Notes: a model not told the origin generated them from the sequence alone. Shown: positions 24,205 to 37,190, counted from the stretch's first letter. The stretch: 64,000 nt of DNA from Adineta vaga (GCA_021613535.1 CP075492.1:17608001-17672000); one strand, 5' to 3'. Numbers and translations: made by a program.

Positions 24205-27200
24205 ATGACAGAATCCGATTCAAATAGGAAAGGTAAGAATATTTGGCCAAGAATTGGTTTAGATCAATTTGTGGCTGCTGTTGCTTCTCTGGGAGACCGT
24301 TCAGATAAACTAAAAGCTGAATCATGGCGATTGACTGCCAAGACTAAGTCACCCGATTCTCTTTGGGGACAAGTTATTGATTATTTGAAGCTAGATAACA
24401 GTGAATCGAAACGTCAAGCCTTATACAAAATTTGGTGGAATGATAGTCATGAAGTTTCAAAATTGGTGGAAGAAAAGAAGAGAAATACCAATCAAAGTCA
24501 AGATACTCATCATGACGATCATATTTCTGATCTAAATCAAATCGATTCAACTATGGCTCCAAATTTCTCACTTCCATTACCTCAACCACCGAAAACACGT
24601 GCTCGTGAAAAAAACCAAAATGTTGATGTAGATAATGCTGAGAATAATTTTGTTGGACAAATATCAATTATTTTCTTCGTAACTGAATGGAAAAATGTAT
24701 TTAGTCGTACTAATCAAAAGATGAAAGATGATTGGACTAAAACATTCCGTGAAAAATTAACTTCCCGTGGAACAGGAATAACTTGTTCGTTAAAATTTAT
24801 ATCAGATCCATATTTTAAAGAAGGGAAAGGAAAGAGAAATTGTCGTGTTTTTTCTTGTACTTCTAAATGTACTATTAAAGGATGCAAGAGAAAATATATA
24901 ATAGTATGTCCAAAGTTTCCAGACGAAAATTCATCTATCCTTTTCCTTGTTAAAATATTTGGAAAAGAAGATCATACTGGTGGACCTAATAGTGCACAAC
25001 TCAGAGGCAAAGAACGTTTAGAAATCGGTAAGAATTGTCTACTGTTCATTTTCTAAACTTTTCTGAATATAAAGTTTTTTTTAGGAGAAAGAGCAAATAA
25101 CATTGGTCCATTAGCTGTATATCGTGAACTTATAGAAAGTGCTGATGAGAGATTACTCGCAGCAGGCAACTTTACTGGCTGTTTCACATACGAAACAATA
25201 AAGAAATCTTCATCGGACTATCGAAGAATAATGCATATTGTTGAATGTATCTATGAAGAGTGTCGTATTAATCAATACAGTTTCGAAACAACAGACACGA
25301 CGTCAAAAGATTGTAAAGGTAAATATTTTCTATATAATAATTGTTTAGTAATTTATTTTGTATATTTAAAAGGATATGTTCATTATATGGCTGAAAAACC
25401 ATTCACTCTCCATCTCTATTGTGAACAACAGATTAGACAATATATAAAGTATTGTGCTAAAGAACATTATTCATATATTCACATAGATGCAACTGGTGTT
25501 GTAATAAAAAAATTAGTTCGACAAAAACAAGTATTACTTTATGCAATGATGTTTAAAGATGGCGATGATTCCAATGATACTATTCCATTAGCACATGCAA
25601 TGTTAGTCGACAACAGAGTTCCAAGCATTAGTAATTTTTTTAGAAATTTGCGTTATAGCACTCATCAAATTAGAGGCACAGATATTCTGCCATCTTTCTA
25701 TATTATTGACTTTTCTGCTGCTCTTATGAATGCTATCCTCGAAGCATTTAATGTTGAAACTGTTAATGCTCATTTAAATCGATGTTGGAATGTTATTAAT
25801 GGTAGATACATTGCTGAAGAATTGCAATCGGCATCATTTATTCATTTTTGTTGTTGTCATGTCATTCATGCCTTTGCAAGAAATTTAACAAGTGCACACA
25901 TTAATAAGAAAATTCGACGAGGTGTGTTACTCATTTTCGCTTTCATCTTGTGCAGCAACGATATAAAACAATTATATGACATATTCGGCTCACTGATGGA
26001 TATATTCGGTAATCCAAATGAACAGAATGCAAAACAAAAATTTGACCAATTAGTTTCTTTTCAATTCGACATTGACGAAGAAAGCATAGCTGAACTAACT
26101 GACACAGAAAAAATATTTCAAGCTGCAAAGGAAAGAAAAGATGAATTAATTATTGTCGACGAATATTTACGTAGTAGCGGTCCTATTATTCATTATTCAC
26201 CTTTCAATTGGGAGGCTGTTAGATTATATCCAAATCTTACTGTATTAATTAACAAAAAACTGTCTAAAGTTAAATCTACTAATCCACTCTATTCTCCATC
26301 TTTAATACGTATCTTCTATCGATGGTGGACATATTTACCTTTCTGGACTGGTTTATTATTCAATTTTAAAGAACGTTACCCAAACAACGTTAAAAAAACT
26401 ACATCTAGCAGATTTAATCCTGTTAGACATTCCAATGCTCTAATAGAAAGTTATTTTCGAACAATGAAAAAGAGCATCTTTCAAAATCAAGTGTATAGTC
26501 GTCCGTATCTAGCAATTAATGACTTACGTCGATGTATTAATATTCAATTCAAAGCTAAAGAATATAATGTCACAGTGAGCTCAAAAGGAAGAAAACGAAA
26601 GAAAAGAGACGTTAGTATCGCAGAACAATGGGATAGAAAAGGAAAAGGTGGTAATCGTCGCACTGCTTATTTGGAGCATGTTGATAAATATGCAGCGAAA
26701 CGTGTTCCAGTAAAAACAAAAGATGATGAAGCGGTTAAAGTTATCAAGAAGATAAGGTACATTATTGTATTTCTAAATTTCGACCGTGTGAATGTGCTTT
26801 CTATTTTTAGTGAATCAGAAGATACGTCAACAGCTTCGTCATATAATCAATCATCGTCATCTTCTACTAATGCGGGTGATAGCAATGTTGCATCAAGGTA
26901 ATGAGAAAATAATTGTTGTTATCTAAAAATCAAACAATTATAAATTTTTAGTTCTTCTTCGTCGACAAGTAACAAGTCTATACCATCATCATCATCGTCA
27001 CTTAAAGCAAATTCATCTGTAAGTAATGATTTTCCCATTGATATTCCAATTGATTTAGACATGCCAATGGACAATAAAAACCGACAAAATGATGTTTCAT
27101 TTGAATATGAATGTGAAAATCACAGCAACTCTTCCATCGCAAGTGCAACATATCCTGTTGCGAATCGTACGTATCAATACAAATGTTTTGCATCAAACAA

Positions 27201-28447
27201 TATCGTTATATTTATATAGCATCGAGTATAACAACTGATCATGGTTTATCAAAAACATCATCTATTCAAGACGCATTTCAACCGGAAGCTGATATATTCG
27301 GTATGAAATTAAGATGGCCTAAGTTTGAAATAAAGAATGTTCCATTCGAAAGTAATGATCACAAGGGTTAATTTGACATACAAATACAACATTTCTTTTC
27401 TTCAGGCCGCCGATACACACTTACACTCACATGTCCTATAGATACAGCACTGTTTGTTCTATATTTCATCTATCAAGTAGACACCAATATGCGCGACGAA
27501 ATGGAAAATGCACTTCCAAGCTCACCATATTCAATTCTGCTTAGCACGTTTCGTATTGTGGAAAAAGAAGGATGGGACGCAGCTCGTATCAGTTGGTTAT
27601 TGAAGTTTAATCTCTTAAAAACATCTGATAGAGCAAAATCCCTATTTGGTTCAGTCGACGAACTAGTTTTTTGTTTTCTTAAAAATTCACAACGTCATTC
27701 CACTACAATTACATGTACTAATCCTGATTGTACAAACAGAAAGCGCGTTATTTCAGCATCTGAGATACGACTTTTGTGAGTTTTTATTAGCTAACATCTA
27801 AAATCTTATCTTATCATCAATATTTTTAGTCCTTGTGATGATTGTATCGAAAATTTTGAAGCTGAAACTACGGGAGTGTGCGGAGCAATGATCGAACGAT
27901 ATGATGAAATGATCGAAACAAAAGCAATTGAACGAAAATATAGAGATGGTCGAGTGCCGTTTGTTGATAACGAAACAGACGAGAAAGGATCCATGTGAGT
28001 TACTTTCTTTCATCTTCTTTTTTCTACGGTCTGTCATTTCTATTCCATAGACGTGCATGGATATGTGATCATACAACGATTTCTTCTGTATCTGAATTTG
28101 AAAATGAACTTCCACTAGTTCTTATTGCTAATCTTGAACCATTTTCGAAACGTAGTCATGAGAGTTATGAACCAAATTCAGTACGACTACGTGACATGAG
28201 AAAAAATATAAAAATCAATTCAACCAAGTAATTTCTTCCATATTTTTGTTTCTTTAAACGTTAGTTATTTTCTTGTAGGTATCAACTTCGTGCAACAATA
28301 CATCATAAAGATGCACATTTTACGGCTACTCTAATTGATCCGTTGAATAGATTGTATATATACGACGATCAAAAAGTTGTAAGAGAAGTTCGAGGTTCAA
28401 CAGATATGGTGAAATATGGATTATATGTTCGAATTCCAGACTTCTAA
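24205..28447 (+). CDS. Mutator/NOF-FB-like DDE transposase with C-terminal USP-like cysteine protease domain (multi-exon, roughly 1,200 aa)
   Basis: Exons joined by GT-AG introns (25028-25084, 25319-25372, etc.). HIDATG (D1), IIDFSAALMNA (D2), CCCH (CxxH), SNALIESYF (E). C-terminus: TCPIDTAL (Cys box), CTNPDC, and YQLRATIHHKDAHFTA...YIYDD (His/Asp box). Stop 28445-28447, AATAAA at ~28508. Confidence 0.8.
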
Positions 28448-28752
28448 CTATTTTATTTTCTTGTTAATTGATTTTTTTCCCTTGCATTGTAATAGATAAT
28501 ATGTTGAAATAAAACAAACTGATTAAAAATCTCTAATAGCCATACAAGCTTTTTTGCCAAAAAGATATGAAAAGAGGAGACAAACATTTTCTTAATTGGA
28601 TTGATCTTTTGACGTTATTTTGTATACATGCATGTTACGGAAAGAGACTAATTTGTACAATTTAATTAGTCTCTTTGATGACCTAAGATGCATATAGATA
28701 TATATAGTCTGAAATTGAGACATTTTATCATAAACAGATTTTTCTCTTCAAA

Positions 28753-29317
28753 ATGTTTTTTGTTATTATCATCATTTCGGCAAATGCTGTCACACAATCA
28801 GCTCCTGTAACGTATATTTATCATTAATTAATTCCGTTTTTCATTGATTTATTTTTTTAGGGTTATATGAATTTGAATGATTTAATAAATAAAGAGCTAT
28901 CATTAACAACACCAAGCGTTGAATCTATTGTTAACAAATATAAACATATAAATGAAATAAAAAATTCCATCAATCAAGCCACTGATTATGTTCGAATTCT
29001 TTTACCACCATTTCTTGTATTTTGTTCTGTATTATGCACAATTATCTATTTTTATTTTAGAAAATGTTTCTACAATAATTGTCGTTGTAAGGTAAGGATC
29101 GCTGAAATTATATTTATGTCTTAACCATTTTTATTTCTTGTAGCCTTCATGGTTCCGTCCGAAGTCGTTGAATGAATATCAACGTCGTCAAGATATTAAA
29201 CGACGTGAGTATTTGCTCATTCTTCTTCTTGATTATATTTTTTTGTTATTGACAGGTCGACAAATAGCTCTTGATCAACTTGTAAATCAATCAACTCCAA
29301 TTTACTCAATTGCTTAA
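28753..29317 (+). CDS. Small type-I membrane protein (multi-exon), transposon cargo
   Basis: MFFVIIIISANAVTQSAP signal-like exon, then exon with ...ILLPPFLVFCSVLCTIIYFYF (TM) RKCFYNNCRCK, and two further short exons ending ...QSTPIYSIA*. Confidence 0.6.
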
Positions 29318-29762
29318 ATTTCTTCTTTTTTGTTGTAATTTATTTCTTCTTATTTTTCGGTTGTTCCATAATAAATCATAAATTGTATATAATCTTGATA
29401 ACCATATAATTTTGTTTATAAATCAAGAAAAAAGTATTGATAAAATCATTAATGCTTACCATTGTATATTCAGTGATAAAATAAAATAAAAGCAACAAAC
29501 ACGGCGTTAGAGGCAATGTAACAGATGACGGATAAATAACATCAAAGAGCATGAATTGATTGGGTATTGATATCTTCGGTCGAATTTTCTTTTCTTTTTT
29601 TTCTGCCAATCTTTGTTGTTTTTCTCAAATTATAAAAAATATGCGTTATCTATATATATAAGAGACGAGTGACAACAAAAGTATTCAAGCACCATTTTGT
29701 ACATTGCCACTACCACTGAACTATTTCTCCTTCTACCAACGTTGATTTAATGTTTTAAAAAA

Positions 29763-31379
29763 ATGAACTGCATAGCAACATTGTTTGTTTTGGTTTACTT
29801 TATCAATTCGATTAGAATGGGTTTATTTGTGTCCATTCAAGATTTGTCGAACAATGATGTTATTGTTGATAGTGTAAAAGGTTATACACTTAGACGTGTA
29901 GGTGTGTATTCACCGAATATGGCACATGAAATTGTTCACACATTCGTACCAATTGATAATTTATGTGGTGCGTCACCAGAAACAGACGTTTGTTTGTTTG
30001 TTTCATTACCAGTCAAATCAAGTGTGGTTGAACTTGCGACAATCAAAAGATCCAATCAAATCATTCACACATCGTCTTCTGATAATGGTGAATATGTATC
30101 GAAATTAATTAACAAAGATATGAATGAAGTTCTTATGCATTATCATCCAGATGAAATTATGAAAGCTGCACAATCGACGATCCATTTAGTTGATAAGTAG
30201 TTTTTTTATAAAAAGAATGAAGAAAAACGATCACTTACAGCTTCTGCTAACAAAGTTGCCGATATTGATTCACCCATTCCACATTTATATGGATCACCTT
30301 TAGAAGTTCTTTGAAATCAAATAGCTAATAATAAAATTAGTTTTGATTATTTATCTCAAGCCGATTTAAAATTCTTCTTATCAACAATATTTTCAAAATT
30401 CGATCGTACATATACAAGTGAAAATTTGGATGAATCATCGTCTATATTTCCTCAATCAGTTATTGCACAGTCTATATTTGTTTTACGTCAATGTTCATTA
30501 AATGCTCGAAGTTCATTATATTCTCGACCATGTGTAGCTATATCTACATTATTTCTACGAGTTCCATCTGACATAACGACGAAGTTCTTAGTTTATCATT
30601 TAATTCCACTACCCATTGTTTCTAATGGGAATAAATATATTTATTCGAACCTTCCAAAAATAGTTGGAATTAATCCAATAGAACAATCGTTAATTACATG
30701 GAATGATGAAAGTGATATCAAGCGGTGTATATTCTTGTCTATCGTTCAATGTGAAAAAAAGCCTATGTCGGTGTCAATATCTAAATCATTATGTGTATCT
30801 CAATTATTGGACGATAACCAATTAGTCATCAATATGTGCAAAATTAGCAGATCACAACATATCGATCAAGATGTAATTCATATTGACAACGGTATTTGGT
30901 TATTTGTTAATATTTATCAAACTGAATATTGTCAGGTTTCTTCAACTTCAAAAGAATTTAGTGAACCATTGTCAATATCAGAAACAGCACTCATAAATCT
31001 GTCATGTGACAAGACAATCACTTGCGCGAATGTTCAATTATCGTCATCATCTTGTACACAACGTCATCCGACTATTATTAAATCAAATACGGTATCAAAG
31101 TTTCGACATCTATCAAATGTGGTCGTATCATTAAAAAACATGACCAACACACTAATATCATCTTATCAGAAACAATCACAACAGTCTATTAACGAATTAT
31201 CAATAATTTTCGCCTCGAAGCAATTAATGACAATTCACGATATAATATTATATATTATAGTTCTATTAGTAACTATTATCTGCTCTATACTTTTTTATAT
31301 ATGGAGATATTTTCTAAACAAAGTACGCAGGCCTGTACGTCTCTTCAACACTGTTCTAGATGACATCTTTACTGTATAA
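29763..31379 (+). pseudogene. Envelope/fusion glycoprotein-like gene (baculovirus-F/errantivirus env-like), intronless, two in-frame stops
   Basis: ORFs 29763-30200 and 30426-31379 are in the same frame, separated only by TAG 30198-30200 and TGA 30312-30314. Signal peptide, FLVYHLIPLP...Y.Y..LP, Cys-rich ectodomain (C.....C...C.SQLL......C), C-terminal TM ILYIIVLLVTIICSILFYIW and basic tail. Confidence 0.65.
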
Positions 31380-31585
31380 TCGTATACATCTAGTTTTTCT
31401 GTACTTAATTTTTTTCTAATAAATGTTAATATTCAATATTCATGTTTTGTTATGTAATATTATCACTAAATAGAAATGTTTTTAAAAAATCAGCGCATAT
31501 ACTTTGTTTTTCCTGCTATTATTCTGTCTTAAATTCATTTACAACAGCCTTTGTTGATTATAATTAATTTCAACATAGCATCCAT

Positions 31586-32199
31586 GGTACTCAATCGATA
31601 GATCTCATCGAGTTCTATCTTGGTCCAACACTGATCTAACCTGATCTAACCTTTAAGTCACTATTTTTTGGATATAGTAAATTCATTAGTAATGGTTTAC
31701 TATTTAGTGATTTTTACCACTATAGTACGTTCAAAGATAGCATCCAAGGTATTCAATCGATAGAGCAACTCGAGCTCTATCGATGTACGAAGTTTCAGCG
31801 TTTGGTCTAACCTATGAGCGAATCACTACAGGTTTTAGTAAGATTTACTAGTAAAAACTGGTGTATTTAGCGATTTTTACTACTAAAACTTATCCGAATT
31901 GAACTAAAAAGGTGATCATTCGATAGAGCTCGTCGAGATCTATCGATCGTGAAAGTTTCATCGATTGGTCTAAGCTATAGGCGAATCCCTACAGGTTTTA
32001 CTGAGTTTTTGTTGTTTTTTATCTATTTTTTACTAGTTTTTCGAGTTTTTTTACTAGAAGGAAAGGTCTTTTGGAAAAAGAAAATACACCATTCGATAGA
32101 GCTCGTCGAGCTGCATCTTGGTCTAAAGTTAGTCTAACTTGGTCTAGCCTGTAGGCGAATCCTTTTAAAAAAAACTCGAATCCTAGTCTAAGATACCCT
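31586..32199 (-). repeat. Right TIR
   Basis: Reverse complement of the left TIR with few substitutions and a 10-bp duplication (ctgatctaac x2, 31631-31650). Confidence 0.9.
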
Positions 32200-32203
32200 A
32201 CGT

Positions 32204-33186
32204 CATCATTCGTATATTCTGCTTCTTCTTCTACCATCACACCACCGAGAAAACGTCGGAAATTATTCAACTGTGATAATAATATTGATCTGAATTCGAA
32301 TGCACCATCTTCACTCGATCCTGCTATAGAACTTGATGCGTTTTTGAACGATCCAGTTCGTTCAAATTTTTCTACTTATTGGTTTCATTCATAACTGAAG
32401 ATTCTTAAAAATTTAATCGTAAGAATTTTTTCAGTTCAGGCAAGTTCAGCGCCCATTGAGAGAGTTTTCTCTCATGCCGGATTGATATTAACATCAAGAA
32501 GAACGAACATGAATGAGACTTTATTTAATGATTTAGTTCTTCTCCGTGTGAATCAGAATTTACTTTGAAACAATTGCCTCACATTCTTTATTTGCATCAA
32601 TTGTTCTTTTCACATGTGTTTCTGTTGTTTTACCATTTATTTGTCACTTGTTTCGCTCTTTATTTTTACTTACTATGCTTTTTATTAAATCACTGTTTGC
32701 TGCTGTCTTTTCATGAAACGAATAAAGTTTTTACTTATCATTCCAATATCATCTGATGTTCATTATCGAATGTTCAATGAAAGCTTATATACAGCTAATT
32801 ACAAAGTGAAGCGCACTTAATGCATACTTAACAAACGGGCTACTCAACAACAAAATATTATTCCGTATTTGATTTGATGTTGCATAGATAAATAATTCAT
32901 AAAATTTAAAATTCAGTAGTCCACATTAAAAGATTACTTGAAAAATACACTATTTAGCAAGCTGTTGAGTGAATGTCTATGGACGAGACCATATTAAAAG
33001 TATGTATCCCGCAGAAATCATAAATGAACAGCTAGAAAAAAGGATTAAATTTAACAACATCTGATTAAGTACACAAGCTAAGTAAAAAGTATATGTACTT
33101 GTACTGCACATTTGTACTAAGTACTAGAGATTTTTAAGCAAAAAGTACGAAAAGTACCAAGTCCTGTACTAAGTATCCAATCACTG
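32204..33186 (+). mobile_element. 3' end of an hAT transposon (dimerisation domain pseudogene + terminus)
   Basis: ELDAFL...YWF..*LKIL..L...IFSVQASSAPIERVFSHAGLILTSRRTNM...LFNDLVLLR; aagtac subterminal repeats at 33067-33175 ending in ccaatcactg. Confidence 0.85.
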
Positions 33187-33377
33187 TTGAAGGCATTTGT
33201 TCGACGTGGACAACATAAATTAAATGGTGAATTTGAATGTAAAAAACGGCTATTACATTTCGATTATCAAGATCATCTCTTGACGAAAGCTTTCTTTGAT
33301 TTGAAACCGACGAAAAGACAGGTATAGTTGCAGACACACTAGAGAGAGAGTTCTGTTGAGTATATATTTTCTTATAG

Positions 33378-33822
33378 ATCCGATCGGCTACAAAGATTTG
33401 GTCTACCTACATTTAAACAACAGATTGCTGAAGAACAAATAATGATACTTAAACATCGTATATCTTCAAGAATATTACCGAAGATATTCGATGTATTAGA
33501 TCATTCATTAGTTGATCTCAATAGAAATCTACAAGATCGCGTGATCGATAATGATATACGTGCGACGATAACAAGTCGCCGTAATAAAGTTATTGGTCAA
33601 TTGAAATCAGATATGATATCAATGGAGATTTCAATAGCCGAAGCAACAGCACGTGGTCATACACAAAAAGGTAAACGAGAAAAAGAAGTATTGCTATCAA
33701 ATCAATGCTCACATGATGGAGATGAAACAATGATTAATAATATTATTAAACGAGCACAATATGTTACTGCCTGTAAAGTGTCTTTTTTCGACGAAACTCC
33801 GGCGATGCTGCTTATGGATTAG
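33378..33822 (+). CDS. Athena-like ORF1 (coiled-coil) 3' part, overlapping the RT frame at a T-run
   Basis: ORF ends ...VSFFDETP over tcttttttcgac; the overlapping downstream frame leads to the RT. Confidence 0.6.
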
Positions 33823-35877
33823 AAGGATGGTAACAGCATCGTCGGAGTATAAAAATAAATCGACTTCCATCATCAGCTATTGTAGAAGTGGCCACGCCAC
33901 TACAACAAGCACATCTGTTACTTTTGGCACGAGGTCCAAAATATGTTCCAACATGTCAAAGTTACTTTGCACTTCGTTCCATTAATGATATTATCCATCG
34001 TGAATATGAACGAATGTCAAAAGTAATTACGGGATGTTTAACTGACAATTGTATATCTGCATCAGATGAACGAGCGAAATTATTTCTTATTTCCTTAAAA
34101 AATCTCCTGACAGATTTGTGTACAACGAAAGATATTCAACAGAAATTATATCTAACCCGTCAACAAATTGTTCTACGACGAACGGACAAGAGTAAGGTGT
34201 TTCATTTGGGTTCATTCAATGATTATGGACAGAAAGCAACACATTATATGATGAAGACATGTGCTTATGAAGAAGTTCACCGTGGGAAGTGTCCATTAGC
34301 TGATAATTTATCATCGGTGATGGACTTACTTGATGGATTATTGAAAAATAATGCTATTAATATAAAACGATGGTCTGCACTGAAACCAAATAGAGATAAA
34401 ATTGAACTAGGTCATCTCTATTTCGTGCCTAAGCCTCATAAAGTAAGATGATGTGTGAATGTATCTATTTTCGAATTGTTGATGTTTCTTTCCAATGGTC
34501 ATATTCTTAGATTGGTACACCATTGAGACCTATTATTTCTTCGATGAATGGGCCAACGAATAACATATCACATTTCTTAGATCATCTTCTTCGACCACTA
34601 TTTGATCATGTGGCGAAACAGACGACATTCATCAACGGTATTGATCTTGTTCGACAATTAGAAGAATACCAACGAGATGGTCGTCTTTCGACATCAACTC
34701 AATTTATTACATTTGGTGTCACTGATCTATATACGATGATACCAAGAAATGGGTCATTGGAAGCATTAGGACGATTCTTAATTAAAACGTCGACAAAAGG
34801 CAAAATTGGTAATTTATCTATTGATACGATCTTAAAACTAGCTCGTCTAGTATTAGATACAAATTATTTTGTATATAATAATAAATATTATCGACGAATT
34901 AAAGGTGGTGCAATGGGTTCGGCATTTACCATGACATTGGCCAATGTCTACATGTTAGAGTGGGAACAACCATTAGTCGAATTGCAAGCACAACAAGGAG
35001 AGTTGTATGGAAGGTAAGATGGAAGGAAGTGTATATTCCTGGAGTATTCTATGTCTTCTTTATAGATATATCGATGATGTATTCATGACATCGAATATGT
35101 CTATTGATAAAATTCGTGCAAAACTCGATTGGATGAATGAGAAGGATGGTGAACATATACGAAGCACTTATTCAGTTGGTTTCAAAGTCGAATTTCTCGA
35201 TGTTCAAAATTGAAAATCATCATGGTTCATTGAAGACATCCGTTTATCGTAAACTAGCTGCTGAGCCGTATGTACTACCATATTCATCTGATCATCCTCG
35301 TCATGTACATATCAACATACCGTATGAAGCATTGTTACATGCTGCTCGATTATGTTCAGATGTGTATGCATTCGACAAAGAACGATTAGACATCGAAATG
35401 AAACTTCTATTAAATGGATATCCGCCAAGATTTCTTAATTATAATTTCGATCGATTCTTTCGATTGAATCAGGCGATAGAAGTTCATACTCAGTTAGATG
35501 TGGAGCAATATCAAATTTTACATCGAAAACTATTATATTTGCCTACACGACGTGAAAAGAAACATCAACGACAGTTAACAGATCAAACTAGTGAAAAGTT
35601 AGTTGCAAATAATGATGTGGTAACAAAGAAGCAATGGAATAGGAAGATCTTAATGTTACCACATACATTCGAAAGTGGTCCATCGAAGGATTTCAATCGA
35701 CAGTTTCGGAAATTATGGACGAAATATTATGGTTACAAAGGATCAGTTGTCAAAGATGTACGTGTCATGATAACAGCATTGACAAATCCGTCACTGGATG
35801 ATCTATTTGTTCGAAAGAAACCTTCGGCATCATTATTGACCAGAATGGAAGCAACAGACATTGAACAGTTGATCTGA
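33823..35877 (+). pseudogene. Penelope-like (Athena-type, endonuclease-deficient) reverse transcriptase with introns, inactivated
   Basis: GPKYVP, LRRTDKS, LYFVPKPHK|IGTPLRPIIS, FITFGVTDLYT (catalytic D->G), GGAMGS, YGR|YIDD, FLDV, TSVYRK...PY.SDHP. Introns ~34443-34510 and 35014-35065, frameshift near 35210, no GIY-YIG domain. Confidence 0.9.
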
Positions 35878-36053
35878 AGTAGTGTTTTCTTTTCTTTTTA
35901 TTATTGTATGTGTTCGTTTTTGCATAATCATTTGTTACGTGTCAGACTGAAATAAAGTTGTATGACGTACTCTTGTATTGATGTAGAGCATAGAGATATA
36001 TTGTATTTTTGTTTTATACTTTAGATTTAAGTATAAATATTTACTCGTCAGAT

Positions 36054-36722
36054 ATGCCTAGCCGCAAGAAGTCAGTCGAGCAGAAGTCGTTGGTAAAAAG
36101 ACTCCTCGATGGTCTTATGCCAACGAAAGCAAAAAGACGGCCTATCGTCAGAAGACTGTCTGATGATACTACTCAGTCATCATCAGATGAAGCCGTCACT
36201 TGGTCTTCTTCTGGGTTAAAACGCCATGAAGAAGTACCACAAAAGGTATCAACATCACCCGAACCAAGCCTTGTTTCAGGTCACAGGCCATCAAGCAGCA
36301 GACCTGATGATGTAGAACAAGAAGGACCAGTGGTAAGGACAGCTTTGAATAAACATGAATTTTGGAATCGAACTTTTTTGATACTACTTTTATCCTACAG
36401 GCAACTGCATTGGTGTCGGCTAATAGTCAATCCTTTTATTCACCGATGTATCGGCGATACTATGGATTAACACCTCCAAATCCGAGATGAAATAATCCTC
36501 GGTTATTGGAGGATTACATTGATTGGTACATCAATGTCTACATGGAAGAAGAACTTCCATGGCAATGGGTAAGATGTGTAGAAAAGAATTCTTATGAGAA
36601 ATATTAAATAGATCGATGTTGGTAATCCACCAGAACGTAGACAACGAGATGAAGATGAAGCAAAAGAAGAATCCAAAAGTCTCGGTGTTACTCCATCGAC
36701 ATCGACATCGACAAACAAATAG
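36054..36722 (+). CDS. Additional co-oriented ORF of the Penelope/terminon-like element (unknown function, multi-exon)
   Basis: MPSRKKSVEQK... basic/Ser-rich ORF directly downstream of the RT, with short introns. Confidence 0.4.
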
Positions 36723-37190
36723 TATTATGTCGATTTAACACCATAGACAAATAATACTTCGTCGAAAAAGTAACTCTTTCTGTTATCGATGAGTTTTATT
36801 TCATTTAATAAAAAGAAAATTAAGAAAAATTCGATGACTATTTTTCATTATCTTATATCAAAGGTGAAGACGAGACTTTCCATGGCTATGCGTAGCCGAC
36901 CGGTTTCGATGAGATGTTACTATTTTGCTTTTTCATGTACTTGTCAATTGACCCTTTGAGTATTCTTCTCTTATTTTGTGTCGAAGATGAGAACATTATT
37001 TTTGAATATCACATCACTATGAAAAATGATCGTTAGTATTTGAGTAGTTGAGCACTGCGAAGAGTCAGAAGACAGGCATACACCGGTCATGGTAGTTCAT
37101 GTCTGCGCATATCACATCATTTCTCTCGAATTCTTTCGTTATAAATAGACATTCAGCAATTCAAGTCGTGATGTGAGAAAATGCAGACAT

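Larger units (their letters stand above)
22793..32199. mobile_element. 9.4-kb Foldback/NOF-like (Mutator-related) DNA transposon with envelope-like cargo
   Basis: TIRs 22793-23395 and 31586-32199 are near-identical inverted copies (AGGGTATCTTAGACTAGG... / ...CCTAGTCTAAGATACCCT), flanked by ACGT at 22789-22792 and 32200-32203; three internal + strand genes. Confidence 0.9.

Noticed and set aside
22793-32199. Polinton/Maverick or LTR retrotransposon identity for the large element
   Set aside because: No protein-primed PolB, retroviral integrase, packaging ATPase, capsid, gag or RT motifs were seen, and the repeats are inverted rather than direct.
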